Assembly (NCBI RefSeq): GCF_006345805.1
Contig: NC_043003.1
Span: forward strand, 45,756,001 to 45,820,000
From: Octopus sinensis
Lineage: Eukaryota
DNA length: 64,000 nt
Direction: 5' to 3'
Part shown: piece after piece, positions 1 through 13,010 of the stretch
How the letters are laid out: each line of letters opens with the position of its first letter
Position numbering within the stretch: position 1 is the first letter of the stretch
Program-made: the position numbers and the translations under genes
The notes under the pieces: model-generated
Database searches by the model: none
Told to the model about the DNA's origin: nothing
Seen by the model: the letters and a program-made list of their open reading frames with translations, nothing else

Positions 1-107
1 AAACGTTAAACCCTCCTTCTTTCCTTCTTTCCTGAGCGTCCAATAATACTATATTTGTTCCACGTCCTCGCGTAGTGTTTTTTTGTGCTTTCCTGTTTGG
101 ATTAACT
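1..107 (+). mobile_element. 3' end of a Penelope-like pseudo-LTR-type repeat, truncated by the window start and running into (TA)n
   Basis: The window opens with AAACGTTA, which fits the (G)AAA-CG-TTA end of a minimal hammerhead (palindromic AACGTT stem III). A pyrimidine-rich tail follows and ends in (TA)n. The upstream half is not visible. Confidence 0.35.
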
Positions 108-111
108 ATAT

Positions 112-155
<44 letters not shown>

Positions 156-1119
156 CATACATACATATTATTGTATTTCGGTATGGTCTTTTCTTTTTGT
201 ATTTTGCCAAATGATCACATGCTCTGTAGAAGAATAGAATGGACTACGCGGAGCAAGAGCACACACGAAGACAGAAAGTGTCGCTGAAGAGTTCACAGAT
301 GTGTGCTGAAAGATTTCCGGACAATGGACATGAGTTAAAATAAGAACAGTAATAAACGATTGAAGAACGAATATATAGTGCGTGTGCTTATTTAGCAAAA
401 AGAAAAAAAACAATAAACTATCCCGAAATACAACAATATCTGTTTCAACACACGGTTTCACATCAGGCATCTTGCAGCACTAATTCGTAAACGAGTGTGT
501 GTGTGTGTGTGTGTACGTGTATGTGTGTGTGTGTGTGTGTGTAATATCAGCAAAAATTGTACCGCCGCTTCTTAATTGGATCGCGTAGTGTTTACGTGAG
601 TTGTGTTGGACTGGTTATTTCACAGAATTGCCACACAAAATGTTGATCTTCAACATCACCATTTTATTTACGATTGAAACAAGTTTTTTAGGTCAGGGAT
701 GTAATATTTCTGTAGGCAGCAGTAAATTCCTCCCCAACCCTTCGCCATCATTTTTTCGTTGTATACTGTGTGAAATATACTGACCCTAAATAATGCACAC
801 ACATTCATATACAACATATATGTGTAGCTACGTCAATGTATACATAGAGATACATGATAGCTCCTACGACTTGTATAAATAACAGATATGTTGTATACTG
901 TACTTATACTTGCACGATAGTAAAGTTTTATTTATAAATATTCTCTTTCTCATTGATTAAAGATATGAACATCGTTTGAGCAGCTGGTCTTCACTATATA
1001 ACAATTATTTTGTGTTACCAACATTTATATCTGGTATGATTTGTGTGTCGTAGAAGGTCTGATGGAAACGTTCAAAATAATATTCCTCGTGTAAAATGCA
1101 TGTATGTACTCATTAGCAA

Positions 1120-2040
1120 AGCCACGAGCTGGGAGAGTCGTTAGCACGTCGGGCAAAATACTTAGCGATATTTCATCCGTCTTCACGTTCTGAGTTCAAA
1201 TTCCGCCGAGGTCCACGTTCCCTTCATCCTTTCGGGGTCGATAAAAAAAGTACCAGTTGCGTACTGGTGTCGATCAAATCTACTGCCCTCCTCCCCACAA
1301 ATTTCGGTCCTTTTGCCTAGAATAGAAAAGAATATTTAGGCGGCGAGCTGGCAAAAACGTTAGCACGCCGGGCGAAATGCTTAGCGGCATTTCGTTTGTC
1401 TTTACGTTCTGAGTTCAAATTCTGCCGCGGTCGACTTTGCCTTTCACCATTTGGGGATTGATAAATTAAGTACTAGTTGCGTACAGGGTCGATCTGATAG
1501 ACTGGGCCCCCTCCCCCAAAATTTCGGGCTTTGTTCCTAGGGTAGAAAAGAATATCTAATGTGGATCACAAGACGGCGAGCTGGCAGAATCGTTAGCATG
1601 TCGGGCAAAATACTTAGCGGTATTTCGTCCGCCTTTACGTTCTGAGTCCAAATTCCACCGAGGTCCAGTTTACCTTTCATTCATTCGGGGTCGATGAAAT
1701 ACGTACCAGTCAAATATTGGAGTCGCTGCAATGGATTTACCTCCTCTCTCGTAATTGCTGGTCTTGTGCCAAATTATGAAATCAATATTAACACCCATAA
1801 TATTGCAGGTCAAAAGGCGGCGAGCTAACGGGTCAAAATGCGGTGAGCTGGCGGGTCACAAGGCGGCGAGCTGACAGAGTTGTTAGCGGTATTTCGTCCG
1901 TGTATACGTTCTATGTTCAAATTCCGCCGAGGTCAGCTTTACCTTTCATCATTTCGGGGTCAATAAAATAATTTCTAGTTGAGCATTGGGGTCGATGTAA
2001 CTGACTTACCCACTACCCCGAACTTGCTGAAATTCAAAAT
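1120..2040 (+). mobile_element. Head-to-tail cluster of four tRNA-derived SINE copies (family B)
   Basis: Repeated GGCGGCGAGCTGGCAGAA..GTTAGCA head, TTCTGAGTTCAAATTCC B-box and CCTTTCATCCTTTCGGGGTCGATAAA core, starting at ~1120, 1338, 1574 and 1861. A ~24-bp head segment is triplicated at 1810-1875. Confidence 0.9.
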
Positions 2041-2459
2041 CAATACCGAAAATTAAAGTCAATTTAAAATCAATACATTTTGTGCTTAAATCTAAACTCA
2101 ATACATTTTCCATGTCAGTCTGTCTTAAGGATTGTACTACATACTGTTTTCGTAAAAATGACATAGAGCATAGATATATGTATAAGGTCGTAATTTGGAA
2201 ATAAATGTGTTTTTATTTCTTGAAAATATTTCTTTGTAACTTCATACATGGATGCAGTCGGAGAGACATCATACAACAATCAAGGTTTTATAAATCAATA
2301 TTAAGCCTCAACTTCCTTCTTTCACTTTAGGTAGAAGTCTATATCAGGGTTGAGGTGGAAATTTCTGGTAGTGGTATATAGTTTTCTGATTTTGACTCAA
2401 ATGCCCCGGATGCGAAATGATTTTTCGCAGAGAGTTCCGGGCCACATTTATGAACTGAT

Positions 2460-2830
2460 TTGCATACATCCAATCAGAGTTCAGCTATCAAGCTAATTTA
2501 TGAGCGCATAACAAGTGATGGGCGATTAGATTAGGCCATTTGGGTATGGAATGACTATGCTTCTTTTCGCTTTTAATAAAGCATGTTGTTCTTGTTAGGC
2601 ATAATCTGAAGGCTGAACGGCACCTTTCCTTTCACACTTTTCAAACAATCCTTCAACGGTCTGCCAGCACCAATGCGGTTTCTGACACCAGCAACAACCT
2701 TTGTTTACATGACAAGTTCAAGTTGAGCTCTGATTGGCTTTATGCAAACGAGTTCATTACTGAGGTCCAGAACTCTCGAGGGGAAAAAAAATTTCGCGCC
2801 CTTGATCCCATCTATTGGCCAATTTAATAA
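2460..2830. promoter_or_regulatory. Candidate Pol II promoter (CCAAT/NF-Y boxes plus E2F-like site)
   Basis: CCAAT at 2470, 2670 and 2819; ATTGG at 2733 (in CTGATTGGC) and 2814; TTTCGCGC at 2792-2799. All lie in repeat-free sequence. Confidence 0.35.
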
Positions 2831-3174
2831 CCCAAATTTGGGTTGAGTAGGGAAAAATCAAAGCCTTATCAGGGCAATTTACAGAGCAACAGAGGTGTAC
2901 GTTCCCATCTTAAATAGGAAATACATTAGGAAAGTATTTGCTTGTTATCGCTGTTCTTGTTGATTGTTTTATATTGTTTATATATTTTATAATATGAGTA
3001 AGTCGGCCAGTTTCGTCGCGTAGAAATATCTGGTTTCCCTAATTATGAATTAAACATTTCGCGACAAAGCCTAGTGTCACTTATTTTGGATACAACTGTA
3101 ATTCATATTCTGAGTGCAATAGTTGAATATTTCGGAAAGGTTAACTGCGAATGTACTTTTCTTCTCTTATTTAG

Positions 3175-3216
3175 GACGAATAATTCACATCCGCTGGGTA
3201 GCTGACCTCTACAAAA
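3175..3216 (+). CDS. Candidate 42-nt exon of an unidentified gene (R-RIIHIRWVADLYK)
   Basis: Acceptor tttt-cttctcttattt-AG (ends 3174) with ttaac branch-like motif ~30 nt upstream, and donor AA|GTAAGT (3217). Its only open frame matches the phase of an upstream ATG-A|GTAAGT at 2994-3003. Confidence 0.3.
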
Positions 3217-4707
3217 GTAAGTACGTAATATCTCTTGTCCGAAGAGAACGACTACTTCTAATGTGATCAAATTCGTTGATATTTTTATGGGAATATTCCA
3301 TCAATACTCGCTGTGTCGGGACATATGAATATACACAACAACAGAATTATTTCCTATGTCTGTCTCCGAACAGACTTTCTTGTTAATAATGAATGTTGTT
3401 TTAAGAGTATCATGCTCCATAGGAGCATATTATCGTGATGACATTGTGTAAAATCAGCTAATATATGCAAAGTAATTTAAATATATATGATTTAATCGAC
3501 ATTTTCGATTGCATGTTAATGCCTAGAACGATTCGTTGTCTCTTTTAGCCAACTGTCGTTGTTCTAATTTTTCTTTTGCCTTTTTCTTTCATTCACATAC
3601 TTCCCATACGTAAAGCGTGTGCACATGTGCCTATGTGTATGTGTGTGTGTGTGTGTGTATTTGTGCATACCTGTGTATGTACGAATGTATTCGTGTACCT
3701 ACTCATGTTTGTGTTCATGGATGCGTCTCGTTGCCACTAGAGATCTGTATGATTTAACTTACGTACATCATACATATATATTTTTACGTATGAGTCGACC
3801 TCTTAAAGACTAAATACCTGGAAAGTTTTACATTTGTTCGCAGTTTATATAAGTATACGTATATATGTACCTTTTAAATATTAAATTCCAGAAATGTATT
3901 ACATATTTTCACCACATTTCATTGTAAATTCCTAATTAGACGAGCATTTTCTAGTTCTGTGAAACTGGTGCTAAGACAGTCAATTTCGTTATTAACCATG
4001 AGTTTGAGAAAAAGAGGGGACGATACGAGGACAGACAAAACAAACATTGGGGTCAGTGTATCGAAGGAAACGAAACGTATGAATAAACAAACAATTAAAA
4101 TATATACAATTAAATGAAAATGAGTGATTTACAAAAATGGAAGCGGAGGACGCGGTTGACCCTACAAACCACATACTCACACTGAAGACTTTGCTTCTCC
4201 TTTTTATATTCTCGTTTAAAGAGGTTCTTTCACTCGCAGCATACATGCTATAGACCTCCATCTTTTACGAAACACACTTTGCGACAGGCATTTCTTCTCC
4301 AGCCTTATTTTCCGTTTCATGTGGAAAACGAAAAAGTCGATTAGCTCGAGACTGGAGATGAACATGCCTGTTGCAGTTTCCTTCACTCTCATCTTCCATA
4401 CTACCTCTTTCGGTCAGTCAGTGGCATTATAAAACCTCCCAATACTCGCAGGAATAAAACTAAAGATACAGAACGGGTGTAGTATTAGCAGATTTTCCGC
4501 GATCTAAGTATAGATATTGCTTTTTTCTTTTATCTTTAAAATTATAACAACGTTAGTTGCACAATAAATTTCAATTACTGAGTATACATTTATTTTTCTA
4601 TCCTATATCGTAATGTCTGGTTTGTAATGCTTTTATTTTTGAGAGGGTTCGACGGCAACATTCCGCCAGTTTTATTTCAAATTACTGTAACTTATTATTA
4701 TTTTTTC

Positions 4708-5015
4708 CTTTTACTCTTTTACTTGTTTCAGTCATTTGATTGCGGCCATGCTGGAGCACCACCTTGAAACGTTTAGTTTCAATCGAACAAATCGACCCTA
4801 TGACTAATTTCTTAAACCAAGTACTTATTCTATCGGTCTCTTTTGGCGAACCACTAAGTTACATAAACACACCAACACCGGTTGTACCGCGATAATGGGT
4901 GGAACAAACACAGACACAAAGACACACACACACATATATATACGTATATATATACATATATATATATCCCGTACATATATATATGTGTGTGAATGTATAT
5001 ATATGTATATATATG

Positions 5016-5065
<50 letters not shown>

Positions 5066-5268
5066 ACACACATATATATATATATATATACATTGATATA
5101 CATACATACGTCGGCATTCTTTGAGTTTCCGTCTAACAAATACACTTACAAGGTGTTGGTCGACCAGAGGCTTATAGTAGAAGGCGCATGCCCGAGTTGA
5201 CTGCCACGCAGTGGGACTGAATCCAGAACCATTTAGTTGGGAGGCAAGATCCTTAGTACACAGCTACG
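4708..5268 (-). mobile_element. tRNA-derived SINE (family A) with internal (TA/CA)n expansion
   Basis: Reverse complement of the family A copy at 36971: tail CAGCATGGCCGCA.TCAAATGACTGAAACAAGTAAAAGAG and B-box-like G.TTCAGTCCC. Confidence 0.9.
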
Positions 5269-5513
5269 TAATATTTACTTCAGTATCGTCATGTTCGAGG
5301 ATTCTGGTATATAAATATTTCATCATAAGTAGATTATATCTTCACATATTCAAAAATTTAGGTTCTTGCTAGTGGCATTGTATTGTACTATTTAGTCACA
5401 ACTCAATCCTCATTGACCTAATTTGAAACACAAGTTCAGTCATCACTTAAAATATGCTGAAGCAACATATTTGCTTATGTGGTCGCTTTTGTATTTTAGA
5501 TTAAGTTATTCAT

Positions 5514-5514
<1 letters not shown>

Positions 5515-5604
<90 letters not shown>

Positions 5605-5663
5605 CATAGATAGATATACAGACAGATAGATAGATAGATAGATAGATAGAAAGAAAGAAAGAT

Positions 5664-5712
<49 letters not shown>
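5515..5712. repeat. Compound microsatellite (TATC)n-(GATA)n-(GAAA)n
   Basis: Read directly; the first two tracts are reverse complements of each other. Confidence 0.95.
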
Positions 5713-5716
<4 letters not shown>

Positions 5717-5959
5717 AATATATTGAGATAAGTAGGTAGGTAGATAGGTAGTTAGATAGGTACATACGTACGTACGTAGACCATGAAATTATGCGCAAGC
5801 ACACACAAAATGTGTCCATGTGTGTGTGCGTGTGAGAGTTTGTGGGTGAGTGTGTGCATTTATGCGTGAATGTGTGTATGTGTGTGTGTGTGTATGTGAG
5901 TGTGTGTGTCATGGTTAGAATTTTTTTCAATTTTTTATTTAATTTCAGAGCGTCCAGAC

Positions 5960-7070
5960 CACTAGTGGGTGTACCCACCGGTTGATATGTCGTCCCTTCC
6001 TAGCCGGCGTAACTCTAATAAGACCACACAGCAGCTCACAAATGGTTGAATTTCAAAGTTGTCAGGTGCAGATGGGAATGATCACTCAGTGATAGAACAT
6101 TCCAAATCCTCTCCCCCCCCCCACACACACACTTCCACCCGAATAGGCCTCCTCAGCTGGAACTACACCTGGCGGATGACACCTCTGCACCACTCCTTCC
6201 AACCCATCCTGTCTTAAAGGGTTTTCCTTTCGGCCCGATGGTGGGGTGGTTTTGAAGGTGTTGTCGTTGAAACTTCATGCTACGTGCCTTACGGGTAGCT
6301 GAGGTACTTCTCCGGGAGAGAGAATTTGGTGGGGGTTTGTACATGAGATTATTGCTGGTGAGGATTTTACGAGTTTGGAGAGCTTATCTTAGCTGAATCT
6401 CGTTAAGTCACCTGTTACGATTCGCAGAGGAGAAGTTGTATGTATTCATTGGCATGCTGGTCTCCACACGCAGGGGCAACGTTTGGTCTGTTCTTTGGCA
6501 CGCCGGTAGGGTATAATTTGAAGTGGTCAACTATTTGGTCCAATATCATTAGATATAAGCACCTGTCAATGAGCGTATGTTGTAGCAAAGTATTCGATGT
6601 TATCACAGTGTTTCGTGATTTTCAGCTGTAGAAATGAGTTGCGACATCACTGGTGCCAAGCTGTATCAGCCTTTGCCTTTCCCTTGGATAACTTCTGTGG
6701 CGTGAAGAGGGAAGGCTGGTATGCATGGACAATTTCTGGTCTTCCATAAAACAACCTTGCCCGAACTTGTGCCACGGAAGGTAATATTCTAGGCTCAATT
6801 CCATGGTCATTCTTGACCGAAGGGGGGGTCTCCGATATATATCCCTGTACTCTAATGTACGTTTCCACAAATCATGCGTCGGTGTATGTGCTCGCACACG
6901 TACGTTTCCATGAGTGACAGAGTTATTGTGCCATCCCGGTGGAGTGATTCTGTGGTTCCGTTTATGTACGTCAGTGTATACGATCTGAATTCCATTGCGT
7001 GACTGCGTGTCAGTTTGTGAATTCGTAGGAACATATTAATATATTGCACGAGTATCAAAATTAACATCCA
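5960..7070 (-). mobile_element. Heavily decayed LINE 3' fragment (probably APE-type, L2/Daphne/RTE-X-like)
   Basis: Frameshifted minus-strand motifs CEHIH..WKRTL, TP...EL..LP..AQVRARL and a C-terminal knuckle-like RCP-ACGDQHANEY.QLLLC. Confidence 0.45.
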
Positions 7071-7139
7071 TAACCTTGTTTCACGAAAGAAATTATTCTT
7101 GTATATTATTTCCTGTCATAAATCTTTGTATACAATATC

Positions 7140-7652
7140 AGTGTGTGTGTATGTGTGTGTGTGTGCGTGTGTGTGACTGTGTGTGTGACTGTGCGTGTGT
7201 GTGTGTGTGTGTATGTGTGTATGAATATGTATATATACATATATATGTATATATACATATATTTATGTATATGTATGTATTTATATATATATGTATATGT
7301 ATATATATATACACACATATATGTATACATGTGTATATATGTATAACTTTATATTTATATTTATATATATATATATGTATATATATATACACACATATAT
7401 GTATACATGTGTATATATGTATAACTTTATATTTATATTTATATATATATGTATATTTATATGTATATATGTGTATATTTATATGTATATATATTACATA
7501 TAAATATATATACATATATATACATATACATATATAACATATACATATATATACATATACATATATATATATATATATATATATGTGTATATATATATAT
7601 ATTATATATATATATATATATAAGTATATATATATTCATATACGTATATAAG

Positions 7653-7693
<41 letters not shown>

Positions 7694-8218
7694 CGCTTTT
7701 GGAGTTACGCGATGAGTTTTATATGATTTGATATCAGTTTCTTCGAGAAATATTGAAATTCTCATTCCTCAACTAATTACAATTTCGGTATTAATATCTG
7801 TAGAGGAACTTCATCCACCAGCACGCCAATATATGCATACCGACAGATACAAAAACTCACACACACACACACACACACACATACATTACATATGTACACG
7901 CGCATAGTTATGTATATATATATATGTATATATAAATATGTATACACTCACACGCTCCTGCTCGCACAAGCACACGCGCACGCCCACACACACACACACA
8001 CATATATATACATATATTTACATATGTGCATGTGTAATTATTTGCAAACATATGTAAATATGTGTAGGTATATGTAAATATTAATATCATTTCCATAAAA
8101 TTTCAATTATTAATATTAAATTTAATTCACTCCCGCACTGCGCACAAGTATCTTTGTGTTAATATATATAAGAGTGCGTGTGTATGTGTGTGGGGGGGTG
8201 TATGTGTGTGGGGGTGGG

Positions 8219-8255
<37 letters not shown>

Positions 8256-8294
8256 GTTTATACATATATATATATATGTATATATATGCTTTTT

Positions 8295-8328
<34 letters not shown>

Positions 8329-8420
8329 ATACACACACACATATATATGCGCCCACACACACGTACTTATACGTACACGTACTTATACGTACACGTACTT
8401 ATACGTACACGCACACAAAA
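7140..8420. repeat. (TG)n/(TA)n/(CA)n low-complexity block with a ~68-bp internal duplication (7290-7450) and a 16-bp x3 minisatellite ACACGTACTTATACGT (8359-8410)
   Basis: Read directly. Confidence 0.9.
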
Positions 8421-8652
8421 AATAGCATGGGTACCTTTCAGATGTTATGAATCATTTGTTTGATTGAGCGCACGTTGTGTGAAATACTGAGTAGCAAATG
8501 GTGAATCATTAATTGACTTTAGAAAAATATTTATACTTTATATATAATGCATACCAAAACCCCCAAGATAATCATTTATATATACTCTTTTACTCTTTAC
8601 ATTTATATGTGTATTCGTGTATATGTGTACGTACATGGGCGTGTGTGTGTGT

Positions 8653-8689
<37 letters not shown>

Positions 8690-8721
<32 letters not shown>

Positions 8722-8890
8722 AGAGAGAGAGAGAGAGAGAGATATTTTGATATCCATGCAGGTGTTTATGTACTGCTCATGTTTACATATATCTACATGT
8801 GAGTATATGTGTGTGTGTGTGTGAGAGTTTGTGCATATGTGTGTATGTATGTATGTATACATGCATGTATGTATATTCGCATAAATGCAA

Positions 8891-8923
<33 letters not shown>

Positions 8924-9688
8924 GATATATATATATATATACACACACACACATGCAATCTATAACATTTTTATTGATATGTACGCAAAATACATGCGTA
9001 ACTAAATAAGTTCGAAATATATGAATTCATCTCCTATACACACGTGCACCCACTAATTTTCTCAGTGCGGGAAAAAGAAACAGTTTGTTGTCTTCGGTAT
9101 ATTCATCCTTTAATGTCGTCAACATATTGGATTTGATGATTTGACGCTATTCTCAATATACTATTCCTATTTGGAAATGGAGACTTCGGATCTACAAACA
9201 CATGGCAGACCACGTGTCAGGAGGTACGTCACATGAACTTTAACACTCACGTATGCTTTTTTTATTTCGTATGTTATTTTTTTTTCGGTTATATCTTTGC
9301 GCGTATATTAGAATATATTACGGTAGAGCTAGTAATAAGTATCAAGTATTCTTACAATTCCATAAATATCCTTGGAAACACATTGTTATATGTGTGTGTG
9401 TGAGTGTGTGTGTGTGTGCGTGCGTGTGTGTGTATGTATATATATATATACATATATATGTATATGTATATATATATATTTCTTTATTACAAACAAGGGG
9501 CTAAGCACAGAGGGGACGAACAAGGACAGACAAACAGATTAACTCGATTACATCGACCCCAGTGTATAACTGGTACTTAATTTATCGACCCCGAAAAGAT
9601 GAAAGGTAAAGTCCACCTCGTGGAATTTGAACTCAGAACGTAACGGCAGACGAAATACGGCTACGCATTTCGCTCGGCGTGCTAACGA

Positions 9689-9726
<38 letters not shown>

Positions 9727-9788
9727 ATTATATATATATATATGTATATATAATATATATATATATATTATATATATATATATATATA

Positions 9789-9819
<31 letters not shown>

Positions 9820-9960
9820 GATATCCATGCAGGTGTTTATGTACTGCTCATTTTACATATATCTACATGTGAGTATATGTGTGTGTGTGTGTGAGAGTTT
9901 GTGCATATGTGTGTATGTATGTATGTATACATGCATGTATGTATATTCGCATAAATGCAA

Positions 9961-10007
<47 letters not shown>

Positions 10008-10765
10008 TACACACACACATGCAATCTATAACATTTTTATTGATATGTACGCAAAATACATGCGTAACTAAATAAGTTCGAAATATATGAATTCATCTCC
10101 TATACACACGTGCACCCACTAATTTTCTCAGTGCGGGAAAAAGAAACAGTTTGTTTGTCTTCGGTATATTCATCCTTTAATGTCGTCAACATATTTGGAT
10201 TTGATGATTTGACGCTATTTCTCAATATACTATTCCTATTTGGAAATGGAGACTTCGGATCTACAAACACATGGCAGACCACGTGTCAGGAGGTACGTCA
10301 CATGAACTTTAACACTCACGTATGCTTTTTTTATTTCGTATGTTATTTTTTTTTCGGTTATATCTTTGCGCGTATATTAGAATATATTACGGTAGAGCTA
10401 GTAATAAGTATCAAGTATTCTTACAATTCCATAAATATCCTTGGAAACACATTGTATATGTGTGTGTGTGAGTGTGTGTGTGTGTGTGCGTGCGTGTGTG
10501 TGTATGTATATATATATATATATATACATATATATGTATATGTATATATATATATTTCTTTATTACAAACAAGGGGCTAAGCACAGAGGGGACGAACAAG
10601 GACAGACAAACAGATTAACTCGATTACATCGACCCCAGTGTATAACTGGTACTTAATTTATCGACCCCGAAAAGATGAAAGGTAAAGTCCACCTCGGTGG
10701 AATTTGAACTCAGAACGTAACGGCAGACGAAATACGGCTACGCATTTCGCTCGGCGTGCTAACGA

Positions 10766-10800
<35 letters not shown>
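8690..10800 (+). repeat. ~1.07-kb tandem duplication, each unit ending in a minus-strand family B SINE
   Basis: TTTTGATATCCATGCAGG at ~8745 and ~9816, and the two units are near-identical throughout. Breakpoints fall in (TA)n/(TATC)n tracts. Confidence 0.95.
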
Positions 10801-10803
<3 letters not shown>

Positions 10804-10924
10804 ATATATATATTTATATATATGTATATAAATATATATATATATATATATATACCTGTGTGTGTGTGCGCGCGAGCATGTGTATATATCTATATCTATC
10901 TATATATATATATATATATATATA

Positions 10925-11131
10925 CAGGGTGGCCCAAAAGTAGGTTTACCGTTATTCAACTATCCCTTTCGCATTCATATATTAACAGTTTAGATCTTAA
11001 GTATAAAATAAATATGAAACCGTTATTCTATTCTTAGTTTTTTGTAAGATAGAAATTTAAATGTAATAAAATGTTTTAAAAGAAATTTTAAGTGCTTACA
11101 GGGTGGCCCAACCTACTTTTGGGCCACCCTG
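10925..11131 (+). mobile_element. Tc1/mariner-type MITE
   Basis: TIRs CAGGGTGGCCCAAAAGTAGGT / ACCTACTTTTGGGCCACCCTG with TA on both sides. A related copy lies in the opposite orientation at 28004-28231. Confidence 0.9.
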
Positions 11132-12799
11132 TATGTGTACATGAATGCATTCCTGATATATATGCATATAAATGTGTGTGTGTGTGTGTGGTGAGTAAAG
11201 TGAATTAGCAGGGTCACAGCACGTCACAGTACGTCTGCCAGAACGCATAACATGGTTTTGTTTCGCTTCTCTCTGAGTTCTTATTCAACCGAGGTCACCA
11301 TAGAATTTCAGTTACTGGGATCGATAAATACTTTTGAGAATTGCTATAGAACCAGACGACTCACAATGCAGTTTGTACTAGCGAACTTTGTGTTCTAACT
11401 TTATTCTAGATATATGGGAACCAAACACGTCGCTTGACCGCGGGGTGCCTTGTCGAATCCGTTGTTGGTCAACAAAGAGAATAAAGCATCTTGATAAAAA
11501 GCAGAATAGTTTCAGAGGATTTGTCCAACACTGAATGAAAATCAGCTGTCCAACAAAGAAATCCTTTCAACAGCGACATGGAGCCCAGAATCACCATACT
11601 TTCGACGTCCTCGTTATTAATTCCATGATGTTCTTCCCTGAGAGCGCCAGTAATACGGAATATTCGAGCCTATTACAACACATGAATGTCCTAGACCTCA
11701 GCCAGTACAACTCAATCCAATTGATCGTTATGTAGTCACACCCATACAAACTCAAGCCTTTGGAATCTTTACCATGTAACTCTAGCTATTTTATCGATAC
11801 TACAACGGCATCCGATATTCCAAGTTAAACAATTTCAAACCATGCGAGACACACGTCCGCCCTCCTTTCAGTACCTAGCCGTTCCTTAGCTACGTCATGC
11901 ATTATCCCTTCCCATGCAAACCCGCTGGAATTCCAACACTACTCACCTTTTTATTAAATCACAACGGTCGTTAAGGACATGTGGTCGAAAGCACAGGCCT
12001 TCCTCGACGTAAACAAAATGAATTTGGCCTTCAAGTAATCTGAACAACCATAAAGGAACTCGCTCCCTAGATATTCAAGTGTGTGAATATGTCTGCAATA
12101 GTGTGGGATATATTCAGGAAAGCTGTAACAGAGAACGTATACTGAAATATTAATACCATCTCTTTTCTTTTGGAGACAATTTTCAAAGTGACAATATTTC
12201 ATATCATATCGTTATTACATGGAACAGTTGAGTTGAAATAAAGGAAGGCAACTTGTTTATAGGGTGGCGTCAAAATGATGATGGATTGGGTTTGGCTTAT
12301 TCTGAATAGTTTTGAAAAAAAAAAAATTTAAATGCTTTTAACTCCTTTCTCTTTGTAAAGAACTTCGCTTTCCCTACCGAATTTCGTCATTACATTCGAA
12401 TGTAAGAACGTTCAGTTCAATATCCACCACAAGTCCTTTGCTGTAACATATGAACTTGTGTAGGAAAGACGTATGTAATTCCATTATTTTAGCATATTCT
12501 TCAAGATTTGTTTCGTTGAAGTACATTTGGTATGCAATGTTATTTAAGAAAATACTTCAGGGAACAGTTTTGTAAGAGCGATGTACACAGTTAATTTTTC
12601 TGGAAATTGCAGCAAAAGAACTATCAGATGCCAGCTAGCGAAACATTGACCTTGTGATTTTAGAGACACATACAGATTTTATGGGGTGGCGACCACAAGA
12701 AATCTTTAAATATCTTATAATTGTGTTTCTCACTCCGTGAGCTAGAATGTGCGTTACACTCTATTCGCTTGTTATCATTAAAAACTGGTATTGTTACAA

Positions 12800-13010
12800 A
12801 GGCAGCGAGCTGGCAGGATCTTTAACATGCCGGGGGAAATGCTTCGCGATATTCCTTCCGAATTTTACGTTCTAATTTCAAATTCTGCAGGGTTGACTTT
12901 GCCTTTCTGTGTCGATAAAATAAGTACCAGTTGCGCATTGAGGTCGATGTAATTGACTAGTCTGCCTGCTACCAAAAATTTCAGGTTCTTATTCCTATAG
13001 TAGAACGAAT
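12800..13010 (+). mobile_element. SINE family B, diverged
   Basis: GGCAGCGAGCTGGCAGG head, GTCGATAAAATAAGTACCAG core and tail are recognisable. Confidence 0.8.

Noticed and set aside
3992-4400. Minus-strand coding exon ending at a GTGAGT donor (4180)
   Set aside because: Short frames with no recognisable protein and no partner exon found.
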